A stretch of DNA of 64,000 nucleotides from positions 65,999 to 129,998 of the forward strand of contig CAVYBU010000019.1 of NCBI GenBank assembly GCA_963766735.1. Reading direction: 5' to 3'. Below, piece after piece: positions 20,961-31,076 of the stretch (position 1 is the first letter of the stretch; every line of letters begins with the position of its first letter). A program made the translations under genes and the position numbers. Under the pieces are notes generated by a model. It ran no database searches. It was not told where the DNA came from and was given only the letters and a program-made list of their open reading frames with translations. This stretch comes from an uncultured Chloroflexia bacterium. GTDB taxonomy: Bacteria; Chloroflexota; Limnocylindria; Limnocylindrales; CSP1-4.

Positions 20961-22463
20961 ATGGCCACGCGCAGCTCGCCGCCGGTGTGGCCCGGCCTCG
21001 TCGGGGGCCGGTACCAGCCGTTGACGCGATCGGAGATGGACCGGATCCACAGCACCGTGCTCGACGTGATGGAGCAGATCGGCTTCGCCGATGCCATCCC
21101 GTCCATGATCGAGCTGGTGACCGCCGCCGGTGGATGGGTGGATGACGATGGGCGGTTGCACTACCCCCGGTCGCTTGTCGAGGACGTCATCGCCCGTGCT
21201 CCGCGCAGCTTCGTCCTGCCTGGGCAGGACGAAGCCCACGACATGGAGGTCGGCGGCGGGCGTGTCCACACCGGCACGGCCGGCGCCGCACCGCTGATCC
21301 TGGACTTCGAGACCGGGCGCCACCGGCCCACGACGACAGTCGATCTGTACGACATCGCCCGTCTCGTGGACACACTCGAGCACATCCACTTCTACTGGCG
21401 GTCCATCGTCGCCCGCGACATGCCGACATGGGATGACGTCGACCTGAACACCGTGTATGCCTGCATGCAGGGCACCACGAAGCACATCACCAGCAGCTTC
21501 AACAACGGCGCAAGCGTTCGCAACGCCGTCGCCATGATGGACATGCGCCTCGGGGGAGATGGCGAGTTCCGGAAGCGGCCGTTCTGCTCCATGGCGTGCA
21601 CCCACGTGGTGCCGCCGCTGCGGTTCGCCAAGGGTTCGTGCGAGGCCATGGAGGCGGCCGTGCGGGCCGGCATGGCGGTGGGCATCGTGTCCTCCCCGCA
21701 GGTGGGGGCGACCAGCCCGGTCACGCTGGCCGGCACCATCGTGCAGACCATGGCGGAGTGTCTTGCCGGTCTCATCTTCTGCTTCCTGATCGACCCGGAC
21801 TGCCGCGCCCACCTCGGCACCTGGCCATTCCTGTCCGACCTGCGGACCGGCGCCATGTCCGGTGGCAGCGCCGAGAACGGGCTGATCGTGGCCGGCTGCG
21901 CCCAGATGGCGGGGTTCTACGACCTGCCCGGCAGCGTCGCCGCCGGCATGACCGACTCCAAGGTGCCCGACGCGCAATCGGGATCCGAGAAGGCCTACAC
22001 CCTGACCCTTGCCGCGCAGGCCGGCTCCACCCTGATCACCGAGGCGGCCGGGATGCAGGCCAGCCTGATGAGCACGGCCTTCGAGGCGTACGTCATCGAC
22101 GACGACATGCTGGCCGCGGTCCAGCGCGCGGTCCGCGGCATCGAGGTGACGGACGAGACCCTCGCCTTCGACATGATTCGGGACACCGTTCATGGCGATG
22201 GCCAGTTCCTGAGCCATCCGCAGACCCGAGCCCGGATGCGCAGCGACTTCGTGTACCCGGCGGTCGGGGACCGCAATTCGACCAGCTCTTGGGAGGACGG
22301 TGGAGCCAGGGACGTCCGAGAACGGGCACGAGATCGCGTGCGGCAGACGCTGGGCACGCACTACCCCGAACACATCAGTCGCGACCTCGACGACCGGATC
22401 CGCGGTTCGTTCGAAATCCTGCTACCCCGCGAGGCCATGCGTCCCGGCAACGGTCGCTGGTAG
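20961..22463 (+). CDS. Trimethylamine methyltransferase (MttB) family protein without pyrrolysine, copy 1
   Basis: GATSPVTLAG, DLRTGAMSGG and AAGMTDSKVPDAQSGSEK, with Met at the Pyl-equivalent position; no in-frame TAG. Confidence 0.9.
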   Translation: MATRSSPPVWPGLVGGRYQPLTRSEMDRIHSTVLDVMEQIGFADAIPSMIELVTAAGGWVDDDGRLHYPRSLVEDVIARAPRSFVLPGQDEAHDMEVGGGRVHTGTAGAAPLILDFETGRHRPTTTVDLYDIARLVDTLEHIHFYWRSIVARDMPTWDDVDLNTVYACMQGTTKHITSSFNNGASVRNAVAMMDMRLGGDGEFRKRPFCSMACTHVVPPLRFAKGSCEAMEAAVRAGMAVGIVSSPQVGATSPVTLAGTIVQTMAECLAGLIFCFLIDPDCRAHLGTWPFLSDLRTGAMSGGSAENGLIVAGCAQMAGFYDLPGSVAAGMTDSKVPDAQSGSEKAYTLTLAAQAGSTLITEAAGMQASLMSTAFEAYVIDDDMLAAVQRAVRGIEVTDETLAFDMIRDTVHGDGQFLSHPQTRARMRSDFVYPAVGDRNSTSSWEDGGARDVRERARDRVRQTLGTHYPEHISRDLDDRIRGSFEILLPREAMRPGNGRW

Positions 22464-22487
22464 CTGAAGGACTGGGAGGAGACACCG

Positions 22488-24908
22488 ATGCAGTCAACAG
22501 CACGGGTCGTCATCATCGGCGGCGGCGTCATGGGGATCGGGCTGCTCCACAGCCTGGCCCTCGAGGGGTGGACCGACACCATCCTGATCGAGAAGGGTGA
22601 GCTGACGTCGGGCTCGACCTGGCACGCCGCGGGCCAGTGCCCCAGCTTCATCGCCGACTACAACCTGGCCAAGGTCCATGCGTACAGCAACGACCTGTAC
22701 GCGCGGCTGGAGGCGGAGACCGGCGTGGCCACGGGCTGGCACGCGACCGGGGGCATCCGGTTCGCGACCAACCAGCTCGAGCTCGACCACTTCAAGCGGG
22801 TCGAGGGCGTGGCCGCCAACATCGGGTTCCGGATGCAGGTCATCAGCCCCGAGGAGATCCGCCGGATCAACCCGTTCGTGACGACCGAGGGCGTCCTGGC
22901 CGGAGCCTGGACGCTGGACGACGGCTACGTGGACCCGTCCAGCTCGTGCAACGCGATGGCAACCGCCGCCAAGCGGCTGGGCGGCACGATCGTGCGCCAC
23001 AACCGGGTGCTCGGGATCGAGCAGCTGCCGAGCGGCGACTTCCGGGTCTCCACCGAGCAGGGCGACATCACCTGCGAGCACGTGGTCAACGCCGCGGGCT
23101 GCTACGCGGACCGGGTGAGCGCGTGGCTCGGCGTCCAGACCCGGTTCGCCAACATGAAGCACCAGTACGTCGTCACGGGGCCCGTCAAGGAGTTCGAGGA
23201 GAGCGACGTCGAGATGCCCGTGATGCGGGATCCGTATTGCTCCTCGTACTACCGTCAGGAACAGACGTCGGGCCTGATCGGCATCTACGAGAACAGCGAC
23301 ACCGAGGAGGCCTGGAAGGAGCAGGGCGGCCCCGCGTGGGATTCCGAGAACGAGCTGTTCCCGGCCCAGCTCGACCGCCTGATGCCATTCCTCGAGCGGG
23401 TCATGGATCGGATGCCGATCTTCGCGGAGGCGGGCATCAAGAAGGTGGTGAACGGCGCCATCTCGCACACGCCGGACAGCAACCCGCTCGTGGGACCCGC
23501 CCCCGGCGTCCGCAACTTCTGGCTGGCGACCGGCACCGGCATCGGGATCGCCCAGGGCCCCGGCTGCGGCAAGTACCTCGCGCAGATGATGGTTCACGGT
23601 GATGCCGAGATCAACATGCTGGGCATGGATCCGCGCCGCTACGGCGCCTTCGCCGACCAGGCGTACGTGTCCGCCAAGGCCCACCGCGAGTACCGGGACA
23701 TGTACCGGCTGATCCCGCCCGGCGAGGAGCGCCCCGAGGGCCGGCCTGCCAAGGCCACGCCGCTGTACGACACGCTCCTCGCCAAGGGCTGCGTGTTCAC
23801 CGAGGCCTTCGGCTGGGAGCGGCCCAAGTGGTTCTCCGCCGACGGGGCCGAGGAGGACGGGACGTTCCGCCGCACCAACGCCCATCCGGTGGTGGCCGCC
23901 GAGTGCCATGCCGTGCGTGAGCGTGTCGGAATCATGGAGCTCCCCGGCTTCACGAGGCTCGAGGTCTCCGGAGCGGACGCCGAGGCGTTCCTGAACCGCG
24001 TCTGCGCCAACCGGATGCCGAAGCGGGACGGCGGGATCGTCCTCGCCCATGCCCTCTCCGATCAGGGCCGGTTCATCACCGAGCTCACGATCACGCGTCT
24101 GGCCGCGGACCGCTTCATGCTCCTCTCGGGCGCGGCGGCCTATCACCGCGACGAGGATCTGCTCCGCAGGGCGATCCGCGAGGGCGAGGCCGTCTCGATC
24201 GACAACGTCACGGCCGACTGGACGACGCTGATCGTGGCCGGGCCGCGAACCCGCGACGTGCTGGCCGGGCTCACACCGGCGGACCTGTCGTCCGCGGCCT
24301 TCCCGTGGCTGACCGCGCAGGAGATCACGGTCGCCGGGAGGGGGGTGCGTGCGCTGCGCGTCAACTACGTCGGCGAGCTGGGCTGGGAGCTCCACTGCCG
24401 CATGGCGGACGTGGTTGCCGTCTACGAGGCCGTCTGGAAGGCCGGCGAGCCGTTCGGGATCGCCGACTTCGGCCTGTATGCGATGAACAGCCTGCGGCTG
24501 GAGAAGTCCTACGCGGGTCTGGGTTCCGAGCTCACCAACGAGATCACGCCGGTCGAGGCCAACATGCTGCGCTTCGTCAAGCTGGACCACGAGTTCCGCG
24601 GAAAGGCAGCCGTCGAGAAGGTGCTCGCCAAGGGCGCCACCACCCACCTCGTGACCGTCAAGGTGGACGCGGTGGACTTCGACATCGCGGGCGGCGAGCC
24701 GGTGTTCGCCGGCGATCGCGTGGTGGGCGTGACGACGTCGGGCGGCCACGGCCACGCGACGGGGCTCTCGCTGGGCTTCGCGTACGTGGACAGCGGGTTC
24801 GACGCTGCGGGCACCAAGCTCGAGATCATGCTCCTGGGCGACCGCCGCGCCGCCGAGGTGATCCCGTCGTCTGTGTACGACCCGTCCAACGCGCGGTTGC
24901 GAGCCTGA
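22488..24908 (+). CDS. FAD-dependent GcvT-domain oxidoreductase (dimethylglycine dehydrogenase-like), copy 3
   Basis: IIGGGVMG, SGSTWHAAG, GWERP, TELTI and NYVGELGWELH. Confidence 0.92.
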   Translation: MQSTARVVIIGGGVMGIGLLHSLALEGWTDTILIEKGELTSGSTWHAAGQCPSFIADYNLAKVHAYSNDLYARLEAETGVATGWHATGGIRFATNQLELDHFKRVEGVAANIGFRMQVISPEEIRRINPFVTTEGVLAGAWTLDDGYVDPSSSCNAMATAAKRLGGTIVRHNRVLGIEQLPSGDFRVSTEQGDITCEHVVNAAGCYADRVSAWLGVQTRFANMKHQYVVTGPVKEFEESDVEMPVMRDPYCSSYYRQEQTSGLIGIYENSDTEEAWKEQGGPAWDSENELFPAQLDRLMPFLERVMDRMPIFAEAGIKKVVNGAISHTPDSNPLVGPAPGVRNFWLATGTGIGIAQGPGCGKYLAQMMVHGDAEINMLGMDPRRYGAFADQAYVSAKAHREYRDMYRLIPPGEERPEGRPAKATPLYDTLLAKGCVFTEAFGWERPKWFSADGAEEDGTFRRTNAHPVVAAECHAVRERVGIMELPGFTRLEVSGADAEAFLNRVCANRMPKRDGGIVLAHALSDQGRFITELTITRLAADRFMLLSGAAAYHRDEDLLRRAIREGEAVSIDNVTADWTTLIVAGPRTRDVLAGLTPADLSSAAFPWLTAQEITVAGRGVRALRVNYVGELGWELHCRMADVVAVYEAVWKAGEPFGIADFGLYAMNSLRLEKSYAGLGSELTNEITPVEANMLRFVKLDHEFRGKAAVEKVLAKGATTHLVTVKVDAVDFDIAGGEPVFAGDRVVGVTTSGGHGHATGLSLGFAYVDSGFDAAGTKLEIMLLGDRRAAEVIPSSVYDPSNARLRA

Positions 24909-24972
24909 CAACCGCCGCAGTCTCGACGACGGCGCTCGCTCCAGGGGGCGCCGTTCGCTCGGCGAGCCGCCG

Positions 24973-25707
24973 CTACTCGCCGAAGGGTCGCCGCTCCACG
25001 GCCGCCATCGCGAAACTGATCAGGGTCGTGATGTCGAACACTGGCAGGCCAGTCGCCTGCTGGACCGCGTGGGCGTACGGCGGGAGGTCCGTGCACTCGA
25101 ACAGGATCGCCCCGATGTCGCCCTCCGTCCGGACGATGTCCATCGCCGCGGCAACAACCTCAGCCTCGATGGCGTCGAAGTCCAGCGTGCCGACCTGGTC
25201 GTGGATCGCCGCCTTGAAGGCGGGGCCGTGCTCGAGGCCGCGGACCGCGATGTCAACCGGGATGCCACGGGTGGCGATCTCCAGGTGGCGCGGCGTCAGC
25301 GACTGCCCCGAGGCCGTGAGCACCCCTATCCGCTGCCCCGGCCGGAGCGCGGCCGCGATCCACGGAAGCTGTAGCAGGCTCGACATGAAGACCGGTACCG
25401 GCAGCTCGGCCGCCAACTGGTCCTGGAAGAAGATCATGAAGCCGCAGTTGCCCGTCACCGCCCGCACGCCCTGCCGGACGAGCTGGCGCCCGGCCTCGAG
25501 GAACCGCGCCGCCAGCTCGGGCTTCGGGTTGTAGATGAGGTTCTCCATGTCGGCGCCGCGGACCACCGAGTACAGCACCGGGTGGTCGAACGTCCGGGCA
25601 TTGCCGGGGGTGCCGGGCGGGTACGGGATGTAGTCGTCCATGACGATCACGCCGAGCGGGAACCCGCTGACGTCCTGCCCCCGCCCGACGGTGTAGATCC
25701 TGCTCAT
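24973..25707 (-). CDS. Aspartate/glutamate racemase superfamily protein
   Basis: Two-cysteine pattern GNCGF and ECTDLPPY, plus PGTPGNARTF and PVFD. Confidence 0.8.
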   Translation of the reverse strand: MSRIYTVGRGQDVSGFPLGVIVMDDYIPYPPGTPGNARTFDHPVLYSVVRGADMENLIYNPKPELAARFLEAGRQLVRQGVRAVTGNCGFMIFFQDQLAAELPVPVFMSSLLQLPWIAAALRPGQRIGVLTASGQSLTPRHLEIATRGIPVDIAVRGLEHGPAFKAAIHDQVGTLDFDAIEAEVVAAAMDIVRTEGDIGAILFECTDLPPYAHAVQQATGLPVFDITTLISFAMAAVERRPFGE

Positions 25708-25716
25708 GGCGCGACC

Positions 25717-27174
25717 TCAGGGGTTCGTGAGCCGGCGGATGCCGACGTTCTTGGACTGGGTGTAGCTCTCGAGCGACTCCAGGCCCTTCTCCCGACCGAG
25801 GCCGGACCGCTTGAAGCCGCCGAACGGCGTCTCGACGCCGCCCACGCCCCACTCGTTGACGTGGACCTGGCCCGCGTCGAGGCGCTCGGCGCACCACAGG
25901 GCCCGGTCGAGGTCCGCCGTGAACACGCCAGCCGCTAGGCCGTAGTCCGTGCCGTTGGCGATCTCCACCGCCTCGGCGGCCGTGGAGAACCGCAGGATCG
26001 TGAGCACCGGGCCGAAGACCTCGGACTGGTTGAGCTCCATCTCGGGCGACACGTCGGCGGCGACGGTCGGCGCCATGTAGTTGCCAGGCAGCTCGGCGCA
26101 GCGTGCGCCACCGGTGGTGATCCGTGCGCCGTACGCCTTCGCACGGAGGGCGAAACCCTCGACCGTGTCCAGGTGCTCGGCCGAGATGAGCGGCGTGATC
26201 TGGGCGTCGTCGATGCCGGGGCCAACCGTGAACTCCGCCACGAGGGTCGTGGCGCGCTCCACGACCTCGTCATAGGCCGCGTCCTCCACGATCAGGCGCG
26301 TCATCGAGTCGCAGACCTGGCCGGAGTTCTCGAACAGACCGCCGACGATGCTGGCCTCCAGGTTCTCCATGTCCGCGTCCGCGAAGACGATGCCTGCCGA
26401 CTTGCCGCCCAGCTCCAGGATCACGGGCACGGCCCGCTCCGCTGCGGCGTGCATGATCGAGCGGCCGACCTCCGTCGAGCCCGTGAACACGATGTGGTCG
26501 ATGTCCCGGTGGGAGACCAGGGCGGCGCCCGCCTCGGAGCCGGCGCCGGACACGATGTTGAGGACGCCCTCGGGTAGGCCTGCCTCCAGCGCGGCGGCCG
26601 CGAAGATGAACGCCGACAGCGGGTCCAGCGACGGCGTCTTGACCACCGCGGCGTTGCCGGCGGCAAGCGCCGGCGAGAGCGATCGCGCCACCATGCCCGC
26701 CGGGTAGTTCCACGGGATGACGTGAGCGGTCACACCGTGAGGCACGGGCACCACGAAGTCCATGTACCCGTCTCCGAGCGGGATGTACCTGCCTTCCAGC
26801 GCCGCAGCCAGGCCGCCGTAGTACTCGAGGTACCGGGCCGAGCCTTCGATCTCGGCCAGGCCCTCAGAGATCCGCTTGCCACAGTCGAGGGTGAGCTGGC
26901 GGGCGTAGTGCTCCTTGCGCGATCGCAGGATGCGGCTCATCTCGTTCAGGACGCGTCCTCGCGCGAGCGGCCGCATGCCGGACCACGTTCGAGCCCGGAC
27001 AGCGGCACGAGCCGCGGCGACGGCGCGGTCAACATCGGCGGCCGACGCGCGCGCCACCTCCGCGATGGGCGTCCTGGTGGCCGGGTCGCTGGTCACCATG
27101 CGCCGGCCATCGGCGGCATCCACCCAGGCGCCGCCGATGAAGTTCCTGGTGTACGGAAGGTCGGTCGTGGTCAT
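25717..27174 (-). CDS. NAD(P)-dependent aldehyde dehydrogenase
   Basis: IPWNYP, FTGS, LELGGKS (catalytic Glu), NSGQVC (catalytic Cys), EVFGP and PFGGFKRSG. Confidence 0.92.
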   Translation of the reverse strand: MTTTDLPYTRNFIGGAWVDAADGRRMVTSDPATRTPIAEVARASAADVDRAVAAARAAVRARTWSGMRPLARGRVLNEMSRILRSRKEHYARQLTLDCGKRISEGLAEIEGSARYLEYYGGLAAALEGRYIPLGDGYMDFVVPVPHGVTAHVIPWNYPAGMVARSLSPALAAGNAAVVKTPSLDPLSAFIFAAAALEAGLPEGVLNIVSGAGSEAGAALVSHRDIDHIVFTGSTEVGRSIMHAAAERAVPVILELGGKSAGIVFADADMENLEASIVGGLFENSGQVCDSMTRLIVEDAAYDEVVERATTLVAEFTVGPGIDDAQITPLISAEHLDTVEGFALRAKAYGARITTGGARCAELPGNYMAPTVAADVSPEMELNQSEVFGPVLTILRFSTAAEAVEIANGTDYGLAAGVFTADLDRALWCAERLDAGQVHVNEWGVGGVETPFGGFKRSGLGREKGLESLESYTQSKNVGIRRLTNP

Positions 27175-27196
27175 GGCGGGTCCTCCGGTCGTCAGG

Positions 27197-29632
27197 TTAT
27201 TGATTGGACGGGGTGGCGTAGGGGTTCGGCAGCCAGCGCTCGACGACGGCGGGCAAGCGGTCGCCGAGGGCGGTGAGGGTCACGGCGTCGCCGGGCTCGA
27301 TGTCGAGGTCGAGGTAGCCCAGCACGACACCGAACCCGGATGAGGTGTCCGTGCCTGCCGAGGTGGCGACGCCGATGATACGGCCGGCAGCATCCCGGAT
27401 CGGCTGGTTGGCGGCGAGAGGGAACGGCGGGGCGGCATCCAGGAGGACCGACGCGAGCCGGCGGCGGGTCGGGCTGGCCGGGTCGCCTGCCTTGCGGAGG
27501 CCTGCCGGCCACGGCTCGTCACCCCGGCGCTCGCAGCCGTCGGCGACGAGCAGGGTGTCGCTGTCGAGCTCCCGTCCCCACGCTGGCGTTCGGAGCTCGA
27601 GGCGCATCGCCTCAAGGGATCGCGCGCCGATCAGCGTCAGGCCGTCAGCGGCGGCAGCCACCTCGAGGTACACGTGGCGCAGGAACTCCGACGCGGTGTG
27701 CAGCTCCCACGCCGGCTGCCCGAAGGCGTCGGTGCGGACGGCAAGCACCGGCGCGTAGTTCACGAGGACGTGGTGCGCCGCGCCGACCGGGAACCGCCGC
27801 TCATCGAACTCGACCGGTTCCAGGTCGCGGATGTCGGACCGCGACAGGCCCCGCAGGATCGCCGGCGCCGAGGGCCCGGACAGGAGCAGGCAGCCCTCGT
27901 GTCCCGTGAGGTCCTCCAGGCGCACGTCGGAGCGACCGCCCGTGGCGCGCTCGATCAGGTCGCGACAGAGGCGCTCCGAGCCGGCCGCGGAGCTGACGAT
28001 GAACCGGTCGTCCGCATCGGCCTGGATGCCGACCACGAGGCCGACGGTCTCGCGCCCGGTCGGGACCCACGCGCTTGCGGCGTGGCCGGCCTCGGGGACG
28101 GCCGGCCGCACCAGAAGCTCAAGGACTGGCCGCGCGCCGGGGCCTGTCACCTCGATACGGGCGCCGTGGGACAGGTCCGCCGCGGCAAGGCTGCCGCGGA
28201 TTGCGGCGCACTCCCGGGCTACCTGATCGCCCCACGACTGCTCTCGGAAGCCGTACCGCTCTGCCGCCTCGGCGCCCGCAGGGGCGAACCAGTTGGGGCG
28301 CTCCCAGCCGTGCACCTCGCCGAACACGGCGCCGCGCGCCGCCAGGAGGTCGTGGATCGGCGTCGTCTTGAGCGGGCGACCGGCGGCCAGCTCCTCGTCG
28401 GGAAGGGGCACCTGGTAGGTCCGCTCGTTGGCCTCCTCGGTCTTGCGGGCGCTCCACGTGCGGGTGGCGTGGGATCCGAACCTGCGCGGGTCGAGCGCGC
28501 CCATATCGATCGAGGGCTCGCCCTCCGTGATCCAGGTGGCCAGCTGCCAGCCGATGCCTCCTGCCAGCGTGATGCCGTTGGGAGTCCCCTCGGCCTGCCA
28601 GAAGTTGCGACGGCCTGGCACGGGCCCGACCATCGGGAGGTCGTCGGGCGAGTACGGCATGGGTCCGTTGACGATGCTCCGGATCTCGAGATTCTCGAGC
28701 GAGGGCACGCGCTCGGCGGCCGCGACCGCGTATGGCAGGAGGGCGTCCACGTCTGGCCCGAGCAGCGCCCGGACGAAATTGCGTGGCACGCCGTTCATGA
28801 ACACGGACTCGCCGCGCCCGCCAAAGAACCCGAGCACCACCCCGTCCACCTCGGGGCGGACGTAGAACAGCTGCTCGGGGTCGCGCATTACGGGCATCTC
28901 GGGCAGTCCGAGACGGCGGCGCTCGGCGAAGGCGGGGATGGGGCCGCTGACGAGGAACTGGTGCCGGAGCGAGACCACCTGCGACGGCAGGCCGACCATG
29001 CCGAGGACCTCCGCGCTCTGGTTGCCGCTGCACGAGACGACATGCTCGCAGTCGATGTCGCCGGCGCTCGTGTGGACGCGCCAGCCGCCGGGGTGCTCCG
29101 TGAAACCCGTCACCTCCGTGTGCTGGAGGATCGTGGCGCCCAGCTGGCGCGCGCCGGCCGCGAGCGCCATTGTGAGTTCCGTCGGGTCGGCGTGGCCGTC
29201 CTCTGGCGTGAGCAGACCGCCCAGGAGCCCGGTCGTGTCAACGAGGGGCCATACGTCCTTGACGCCGTCGGCGTCGAGGAGCTCGGCACGGATGCCCAGC
29301 GTCTCGGCCAGCCCGATGAACCGGCGGTACTCGTCGAGCCGGCCGGGGGCAGTGGCCAGGCGCAGGTTCCCCACCTGGTGGAAACCCGACGGCTGCCCCG
29401 TTCGCCGTTCGAGATCGGCCCAGAGGCGGCAGCTGTACTCGTTCAGCCGACAGTTGGCGGGGTTGAGCCCGTACGCGATGACGTGTCCCGCCGCGTGCCA
29501 CGTGGACCCGGAGGTCAGCTGGTCCTTCTCGCACAGAACCGTGTCCGTCCAGCCCCGCTCGGCCAGGTGGTACAGGACGCTCGTGCCGACGACGCCGCCG
29601 CCGACCACCACGACCCGTGCGCTCGTGACCAT
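27197..29632 (-). CDS. FAD-dependent GcvT-domain oxidoreductase, copy 4, with a strongly divergent C-terminal folate domain
   Basis: ATG 29632 after SD GGAGG. VVGGGVVG, SGSTWHAAG and GWERPNWF are present, but the C-terminal GcvT motifs are degenerate (TDAFGQPAWELH). Confidence 0.85.
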   Translation of the reverse strand: MVTSARVVVVGGGVVGTSVLYHLAERGWTDTVLCEKDQLTSGSTWHAAGHVIAYGLNPANCRLNEYSCRLWADLERRTGQPSGFHQVGNLRLATAPGRLDEYRRFIGLAETLGIRAELLDADGVKDVWPLVDTTGLLGGLLTPEDGHADPTELTMALAAGARQLGATILQHTEVTGFTEHPGGWRVHTSAGDIDCEHVVSCSGNQSAEVLGMVGLPSQVVSLRHQFLVSGPIPAFAERRRLGLPEMPVMRDPEQLFYVRPEVDGVVLGFFGGRGESVFMNGVPRNFVRALLGPDVDALLPYAVAAAERVPSLENLEIRSIVNGPMPYSPDDLPMVGPVPGRRNFWQAEGTPNGITLAGGIGWQLATWITEGEPSIDMGALDPRRFGSHATRTWSARKTEEANERTYQVPLPDEELAAGRPLKTTPIHDLLAARGAVFGEVHGWERPNWFAPAGAEAAERYGFREQSWGDQVARECAAIRGSLAAADLSHGARIEVTGPGARPVLELLVRPAVPEAGHAASAWVPTGRETVGLVVGIQADADDRFIVSSAAGSERLCRDLIERATGGRSDVRLEDLTGHEGCLLLSGPSAPAILRGLSRSDIRDLEPVEFDERRFPVGAAHHVLVNYAPVLAVRTDAFGQPAWELHTASEFLRHVYLEVAAAADGLTLIGARSLEAMRLELRTPAWGRELDSDTLLVADGCERRGDEPWPAGLRKAGDPASPTRRRLASVLLDAAPPFPLAANQPIRDAAGRIIGVATSAGTDTSSGFGVVLGYLDLDIEPGDAVTLTALGDRLPAVVERWLPNPYATPSNQ

Positions 29633-29633
29633 G

Positions 29634-31076
29634 TCATTTGCCTCCTGTGGCCGCGGGCAGGCGGCTCGCGATCTCGTGGGGGCCTCGGGCAGCTGGTGCG
29701 TCCGGCGCCATGAGGGGCAGGCGTCGCGTGATGTCCGCCACCCGGCCCTCGCGAACGGAGCGGAGAGTTGCGAGCAGCCCTGCGCCCATCGGTGGGTCGC
29801 CGCCGGCATCGACAAGGCGCGAGAACTTGTCGTCCACCTGGCGGCTGTCGAGCGGATCGTGCATCGACCCGAGCTGGCCGTGGATCTCGCGCTCGATCTC
29901 GCGGCCGTCGGACAGGCCCATCCGGACGCGGCCGCCCATCTTCCACGCGTAGGTAGCGTCGAACTCCGGCGCCGGCGTGACCGAGCGCACGCGCGCCTGC
30001 ATCGCGGCGAGGCGCGGGTCGGCAATCCGCTCCGGAGCGTAGGTCGCCGGATCGCGTGGGTCGGCCAGCAGCGCAGCCGCGATGTTGAACTGCGCGGAGT
30101 ACTGCGCCGCCATCACCGAGGTCGTCCCGTCCAGGTTGTTCTGGACAGCGGCCTTGGTGGGCCCCTCGGCCTCGATCCAGACGACCTGCTCCGGGTCCAG
30201 TCGATGGATCTCGCGGAGCTCCATCGCCGCCTGGATCATGGGATGGATGTCGCTGCAGGCGGCATAGGGCTTGGTTGTGATCTCGTCGATCATCCAGCGC
30301 GAGCCAAGACCGGCGGTGAGCAGGTCCACCTGCGGCTGATCGGTGAACACGCGGCAGAACCCGTACCTGCCCGCGAGACCGTCCTCCGCACCCTCGATAC
30401 CACGCGCTGCGAGCAGGGCGGCCAGCAGCCCGCCCTCGGCCGCCCGACCGGCATGCAGGCGCTTCGCCATCCCGCCCGATGCGGCGAACTCCATGGTGCC
30501 GGAGGCCATGGATGCCGCGAGGCCGAAGGCGTGGTTCAGCCGGGCGCCATCGAACCCTAGGAGGCGCCCGGCAGCCGCGGCGGCGCCGAACACCCCTGAC
30601 ATCGAGGTGGGATGGAAGCCGCGCAGCATGTGGGACGCCGGGCCCACCGCGATGCCGGCCCGCCCCATGGCCTCGTAGCCGATCACCACGGCCTCGAGCA
30701 GGTCGCGCCCCGGGGCGCCGGTCTCCTCGGCGAGCGCGAGCGCCACCGGCACGACCACGGCGCCCGGGTGGCTGATGGCCTCCTCGTGCACGTCGTCGAG
30801 CTCGAACGCGTGCGCGGCCGCCCCGTTGGCGAGGGCGGCCATGGGCGCCGAGCGAGAGGCTCCGACGCCCACGAGCGTGGACGCACCGTCGGCTCCGGTT
30901 GCCAGGGCATGGGCCGCGACCGCCCGCGACCACGGCTGCCGCGCCCCATGGATGATCACACCGACGGTGTCCACGAGGCGATCCACCGCCAGTCCAACGA
31001 GGCGCTCGTCAACACGGCCCGAGAGCCCGGCCAGGAAGTCCGCGAGCGCCCGCGAGGCGGGCGGCGAGCCGGTCAC
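29634..31076 (-). CDS. MmgE/PrpD family protein
   Basis: HAFELDDVH, SHPG, GFHPTS, KRLHAG and KPYAACSDIH. Confidence 0.88.
   Translation of the reverse strand: MTGSPPASRALADFLAGLSGRVDERLVGLAVDRLVDTVGVIIHGARQPWSRAVAAHALATGADGASTLVGVGASRSAPMAALANGAAAHAFELDDVHEEAISHPGAVVVPVALALAEETGAPGRDLLEAVVIGYEAMGRAGIAVGPASHMLRGFHPTSMSGVFGAAAAAGRLLGFDGARLNHAFGLAASMASGTMEFAASGGMAKRLHAGRAAEGGLLAALLAARGIEGAEDGLAGRYGFCRVFTDQPQVDLLTAGLGSRWMIDEITTKPYAACSDIHPMIQAAMELREIHRLDPEQVVWIEAEGPTKAAVQNNLDGTTSVMAAQYSAQFNIAAALLADPRDPATYAPERIADPRLAAMQARVRSVTPAPEFDATYAWKMGGRVRMGLSDGREIEREIHGQLGSMHDPLDSRQVDDKFSRLVDAGGDPPMGAGLLATLRSVREGRVADITRRLPLMAPDAPAARGPHEIASRLPAATGGK

Noticed and set aside
16789-24911. Very long antisense ORFs (16789-19947, 19707-22373, 22494-24911 and similar ones elsewhere)
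   Set aside because: These are shadow frames typical of high-GC coding DNA. They have no motifs and lie opposite well-supported genes.
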